From the NCBI GenBank assembly GCA_002269645.1, contig NIVC01002473.1:62001-126000 (forward strand): 64,000 nucleotides of DNA, in the 5' to 3' direction. This DNA is from Macrostomum lignano (Eukaryota). This document shows, piece after piece, positions 61,101 through 64,000 of the stretch (its first letter is position 1; the number at the start of each line of letters is the position of its first letter). Both the position numbers and the translations under genes were made by a program. Below the pieces are notes generated by a model. The model had not been told where the DNA came from. It saw only the letters and a list, made by a program, of their open reading frames with translations, and did no database searches.

Positions 61101-63701
61101 TTTAGAACCACGGATACTATATAACTTATATAATATATAGTAATATAGTAATATATTCACGTATATAGTATCTGTGGTTAGAACTGGTGTAGATAAAGAC
61201 ATACCGTGTGTATATCTATGGCCCCGACCTAAGGCCTCATGCTGTGAGACAGGGCGAGAAAATATATATGAGGTAGATCCATGGAGGAAAGAATAGAATG
61301 GAGTGCTAATCTGAGCCAGTTATTTTTGTCTTGCTCGATTTTCGCTTTTAACATCCCTTTCCTCCCCGTTCCTTCCTATTGGCTGAAAGCATATTTTGAT
61401 GCGAGCTCGTACTATGCTGGGAAATTCCTTTCAGAGGGGAGCGAAAAGGAAAACGAGACGAAAAATACTTTGTCTATGGCAGTCACGAGCCAATAGGAAA
61501 GAACGGGGGGAAAGAGATGTTAAAAGTGAAGATCGAGGGAGACAAAAATAACTGGCTCAGATTAGCACTCCACTAGCAATCCAGCCCGTTCGGGGAGTGC
61601 AAAAAGGAAAATGAAAATATTGCTAATATATTAAAGAATAGTCCCATGCGATGCTCCCAGTAAGCCTTTACATCTCAACAATCCCACAAGCCTTGACATC
61701 TTAGAAATTCCTCATAAGCCTTGACATCCCAGCAATTCCCCATAAGCCTTGACATCCCAGCAATTCCTCATAAGCCTTGACATCCCAGCAATTCCCCATA
61801 AGCCTTGACATCCCAGCAATTCCCCATAAGCCTTGACATCTCAGCGATTCCACCAGTTGTAAGCCTTGACATCTTAGCAAGCAATTCCCCCAGCTGTAAG
61901 CCTTGGCATCTTAGCAATTCCCCCTTAAGCCTTGACATCTCAGCAATTCCCTCTTAAACCTAGCACAACGTCGTTCAGGCATTTCTGTTCAAGTGATTAT
62001 GCACTTTAGTAACACCCGACCCAACTTTAATGCAAACAATCAGTTCCGGATTCAAACAATTCAAGTTGAAGACAAAGATATTCATTAATTTTACAATTTA
62101 ATAAGCTAGGTATAGCTATTTATAACTCATAGCATCAGCTTAAGAATTTATAACTCATAGCATCAGCTTAAGAATTGAAGTTTAGTCTATGGCCATAGAC
62201 GTATTGAGCTCTCACTGCAAGAAAAGTACACTAATTAGATAGGGAGAATACAGTTTTTCGAATATTTAATCCCTTTAGCATTGAGCAATTTCTTAGCCAC
62301 GACCCATGTACCATCATGGAGAAATTTCTAATCGAATGGTGCAAGTTTGGTGGAAATCTGTTGAGCCGTTTTTTCTATTATCTATTGCACAGACAGACAG
62401 ACAGAGACAGCTTAGATTTAGTTATATAGATTCTATTCTTTCCTCCATGGGTAGATCCAACTTGTATCGCTGTTAGAGCAGCCCAACATTGCAATAGATA
62501 TAACAAGAACATTGGGACGTGAGGTGAGGTTAGGCGGAACCGCAAAAGTCATTGTCAGGGATATAAATCGAAACAATGATGGTCGTAAGGGTTTGTGATA
62601 ATATGATTGGATTGAATGAATGACACAGGGGTCTCTGTCAGAGAGGTCCAATCTGTGCCAAGCTTTGAGATGGGTAGTCTCGAATAGGCTGCTCTAGGGT
62701 TCTGAGGGTCCTAAAAAATGTCAGAACCAACAGGAATGTCCGGAATCTTACCTTTCGTCGTCCAGGTCTCCTCAAGTAGAATAACTATCGGTTTTGCTAA
62801 GTCCGTTACCTGCATCAGGTTGGCCTCGATGCAGTGGAGCAGGTTTGGCTGCAGGATGTTCACTGCTGCCTCTTCCATAGACTCCTTCCCTGATGGTTTC
62901 CTCGGTCAAGGGCGAGGTCGCCACCGGGGCAGTGTCCGGATTCGCAGCCCTGTTGTCCGATGGAGAAGCAGTGGTGACACTGGGCTGGTTGCTGCAGTTT
63001 TGAACTTTGACGGTGTCTAGCAGCTGCTTCGCGCGCTGAGTCGGGCCTGAGCGGATAGTGTTCCGGGCTTGATACGGGCCTTTTCGAGTCCTTTTGCTGC
63101 AATTTTCGTGGTTTTTTGGCCCTGGCCGGGTTCACCTCGGAGGAGTCGTGGCGGAGCTCTTATTTCTGGGCGGTTAGGCCTCACAAATCTCCCACTCGCC
63201 CGTTTCCGTTTCTGAGTTTTTTATTGCCGAGTCCAGAAGATATTCATGAATTTTTTTGTTTCGCTGTGTGCACCTGAAATTCCAACTACTACTATAAATG
63301 AAATGCAGAAAAATTCGAGTTCGTCACCTGCAGCCAAGGCTCGTACTGGGATAACTTGAAGCACGTGTGCTTCAAGGCTTATGATGGCAAACTGGATAGA
63401 GGTACATTAGGTATATTAAACTGCGCTCACACGGACAACCAAAACACCTGGTGGAAGGCGAAGACTGATAATCCCATGCACTTCGTGTACGTCAAAATCT
63501 ACAACCGCGACATTCTGAGGGAGAGACTGACCGACTTCGAAGTGATCATCGACGATAAGAACGTGTGCAATCGGTACAAAAATCCAAAACTATTCGCCAC
63601 CAAGGTTCTGCGATGCGAAGGATACGGACATGAGATCATGGTGAAAAGTTACCTGCCAAAGCTGACAATCTGCGAGTTCGAGGCTTTCGGAGAACCAATG
63701 C
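37046..63701 (+). CDS. Secreted multi-exon F-type lectin (fucolectin-like) gene: signal exon plus five domain exons; probably 3'-partial
   Basis: Signal exon ends in phase 1. Each domain exon has tgcag acceptor, GTGAGT donor, phase 1-1, and F-type lectin motifs (A.DG, CAHT, WW, I.NR...RL, C..Y, L.ICE.E..G). Connectivity is inferred. Confidence 0.8.
37250..38975 (-). mobile_element. RNase H-bearing LINE fragments embedded in (AAC)n-type microsatellites
   Basis: QREALRLISAL (post-RT), SSFETELRAL...TDSQSAIRAL (RNase H), CLRCDLLEDKDHFLECP (C-terminal CCHC); frameshifted. Confidence 0.8.
39661..40056 (+). CDS. F-type lectin domain exon 1 (396 nt)
   Basis: KLKFVSCSQGSNWDG...CAHTGNENTWW...NRATLRERL...ICEVEAFGKPI; open, phase 1-1. 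Confidence 0.88.
40711..41010 (-). mobile_element. DIRS/Ngaro-type RT C-terminal fragment
   Basis: LGIEFD...LPGDKARKL...LKQLIGKLEWALQVI resembles the DIRS RT thumb/connection. Confidence 0.6.
42640..43670 (+). mobile_element. Inverted, internally deleted copy of the 48410-50850 DNA transposon
   Basis: 42640-43290 is the reverse complement of ~50220-50850; 43290-43670 is the reverse complement of ~48440-48810. Confidence 0.88.
44370..45415. repeat. 22-23 bp minisatellite (atcatagaagcgtcatgtaaaca) inside the Helitron
   Basis: Directly visible tandem array. Confidence 0.95.
46158..46226 (+). repeat. Interstitial (TTAGGG)n inside the Helitron
   Basis: About 11 near-perfect TTAGGG units. Confidence 0.92.
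46761..47075 (-). mobile_element. 315 bp 3' LTR of a minus-strand retroelement (duplicated at 54914-55228)
   Basis: TG...CA ends with an adjacent minus-strand PPT GAGGGGGGT. Confidence 0.6.
47817..48209 (+). CDS. F-type lectin domain exon 2 (393 nt; recent duplicate of exon 3)
   Basis: CAHTGKQNTWW...NRDMLRERL; open, phase 1-1. Confidence 0.88.
48410..50850 (-). mobile_element. Internally deleted DNA transposon with THAP-like and P-superfamily-like transposase remnants
   Basis: ICKKHWP...PIDPPSVF (THAP-like C-terminus) and ALYYVCGYVARK...LSRGKLRKP (P/THAP9-like C-terminus); imperfect TIRs (gagtgtYgcgtccta and cgtg...aattttt). Confidence 0.65.
51484..54739. mobile_element. CACTA/EnSpm-like (CCC...GGG) non-autonomous element, 3.25 kb
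   Basis: TIRs CCCACGTAACCAAGAATCTCG / CGAGGTTTTTGGTTATGTGGG, 2 bp TSD AA, subterminal gcgat/atcgc repeats. The empty site is seen in block A at ~46590. Confidence 0.85.
55630..56490 (+). mobile_element. Gypsy (Mag-like) 3' remnant: integrase C-terminus, PPT and LTR
   Basis: GVLHLKSPRYLPASNGVVEVAVKRLK...EMFGR; PPT gaaggaaagaggga at ~56199; LTR tgatatg...gtaataaca. Confidence 0.8.
56976..57512. mobile_element. PIF/Harbinger-type MITE (left-truncated copy at 47134-47577)
   Basis: TIR GGGGGT(G/C)TTTCTCGAAA with 3 bp TSD CTG. Confidence 0.8.
57752..58144 (+). CDS. F-type lectin domain exon 3 (393 nt)
   Basis: Identical protein to exon 2; one synonymous GAC/GAT difference seen. Confidence 0.88.
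59098..59490 (+). CDS. F-type lectin domain exon 4 (393 nt), His-to-Gln at the conserved CAHT
   Basis: CAQTDKQDTWW...NRATLRERL; open, phase 1-1. Confidence 0.88.
59880..60340 (-). mobile_element. Degenerate Gypsy gag-pro fragment
   Basis: C..ARWKTCHKCSKIG (double zinc knuckle-like) followed by IDSGS (protease-like). Confidence 0.5.
60420..60960. repeat. 16 bp tandem repeat (aaacccgaaatatcac) with an inverted tail; foldback-like
   Basis: Direct array 60420-60870; inverted units at 60900-60960. Confidence 0.8.
61280..62449. mobile_element. P-element-like MITE (312 bp when empty) with long TIRs
   Basis: CATGGAGGAAAG...CTTTCCTCCATG termini; 8 bp TSD GGTAGATC (61272-61279 and 62450-62457). Confidence 0.88.
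61573..62430 (-). mobile_element. Complete 858 bp non-autonomous Helitron nested in the MITE
   Basis: Minus strand 5' TCTATATAAC, 3' hairpin then gattgCTAG, inserted at AT. The empty site can be reconstructed from the opposite TIR. Confidence 0.9.
62460..63200 (-). mobile_element. Degenerate LINE fragment (ORF1 end / APE endonuclease start)
   Basis: VNILQPN...IVILLEETW matches the N-terminal APE motif; upstream Cys/His-rich segment. Confidence 0.55.
63309..63701 (+). CDS. F-type lectin domain exon 5 (393 nt)
   Basis: CAHTDNQNTWW...NRDILRERL; open, phase 1-1, GTGAGT donor. Confidence 0.88.
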
Positions 63702-64000
63702 GTGAGTTGGACTTTTTCCTAACTATTATAGAGAAAAAAGCATAACCGATATACTAAATAATGCAGTAAGTTTAATGAAAGACACGGGGGATAGTGGAAA
63801 ATCAGTGGTTTGTTAAAATTTTAGTTGCACTAGCAATCTGCGCCTTTTGTCTGACAGTTTACATATTTTGAATAAGTATACGTACGTTTCTGCTTTGTGC
63901 AGTCACTATTGTTAATCTTTAAGGGAAAATGGTGTTAAAAGTAAAAACAGTATAATAATATTATGCGAATATCGATTGATTACACCTGCCCTACGAGTAA

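Noticed and set aside
39717-63745. ORF-track lectin ORFs as stand-alone intronless genes
   Set aside because: Their starts are internal or non-ATG codons without signal peptides. All five have consensus acceptors and GTGAGT donors in matching phase.

Overview
Repeat-rich animal (invertebrate) genomic DNA with GT-AG introns and TTAGGG repeats. The style resembles the flatworm Macrostomum, but the species cannot be established from sequence alone. Three host genes are present. (1) An 8-exon-in-window GH20 beta-hexosaminidase on the minus strand (4820 to <293, runs off the left edge). (2) A 4-exon CAB39/MO25 gene on the minus strand (11114-6360). (3) A secreted F-type (fucolectin-like) lectin gene on the plus strand: one signal-peptide exon (37046-37118) followed by five symmetric phase-1 single-domain exons spread over 24 kb, probably continuing past the right edge. 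Most of the rest is nested transposons: a head-to-tail array of an unusual Gypsy-like family with an orphan accessory ORF, a TRIM, Helitrons, CACTA-, Harbinger- and P-like elements, LINE and DIRS fragments, and minisatellites. Most notable: the modular lectin exon array with variation concentrated in predicted binding loops; a very recent lectin-exon duplication bracketed by inverted transposon ends; sharply bounded domains of C-to-T hypermutation that extends beyond CpG (RIP-like); and Gypsy-like units with non-identical LTRs that lack CA/PPT termini and end in a recombinase-site-like palindrome.
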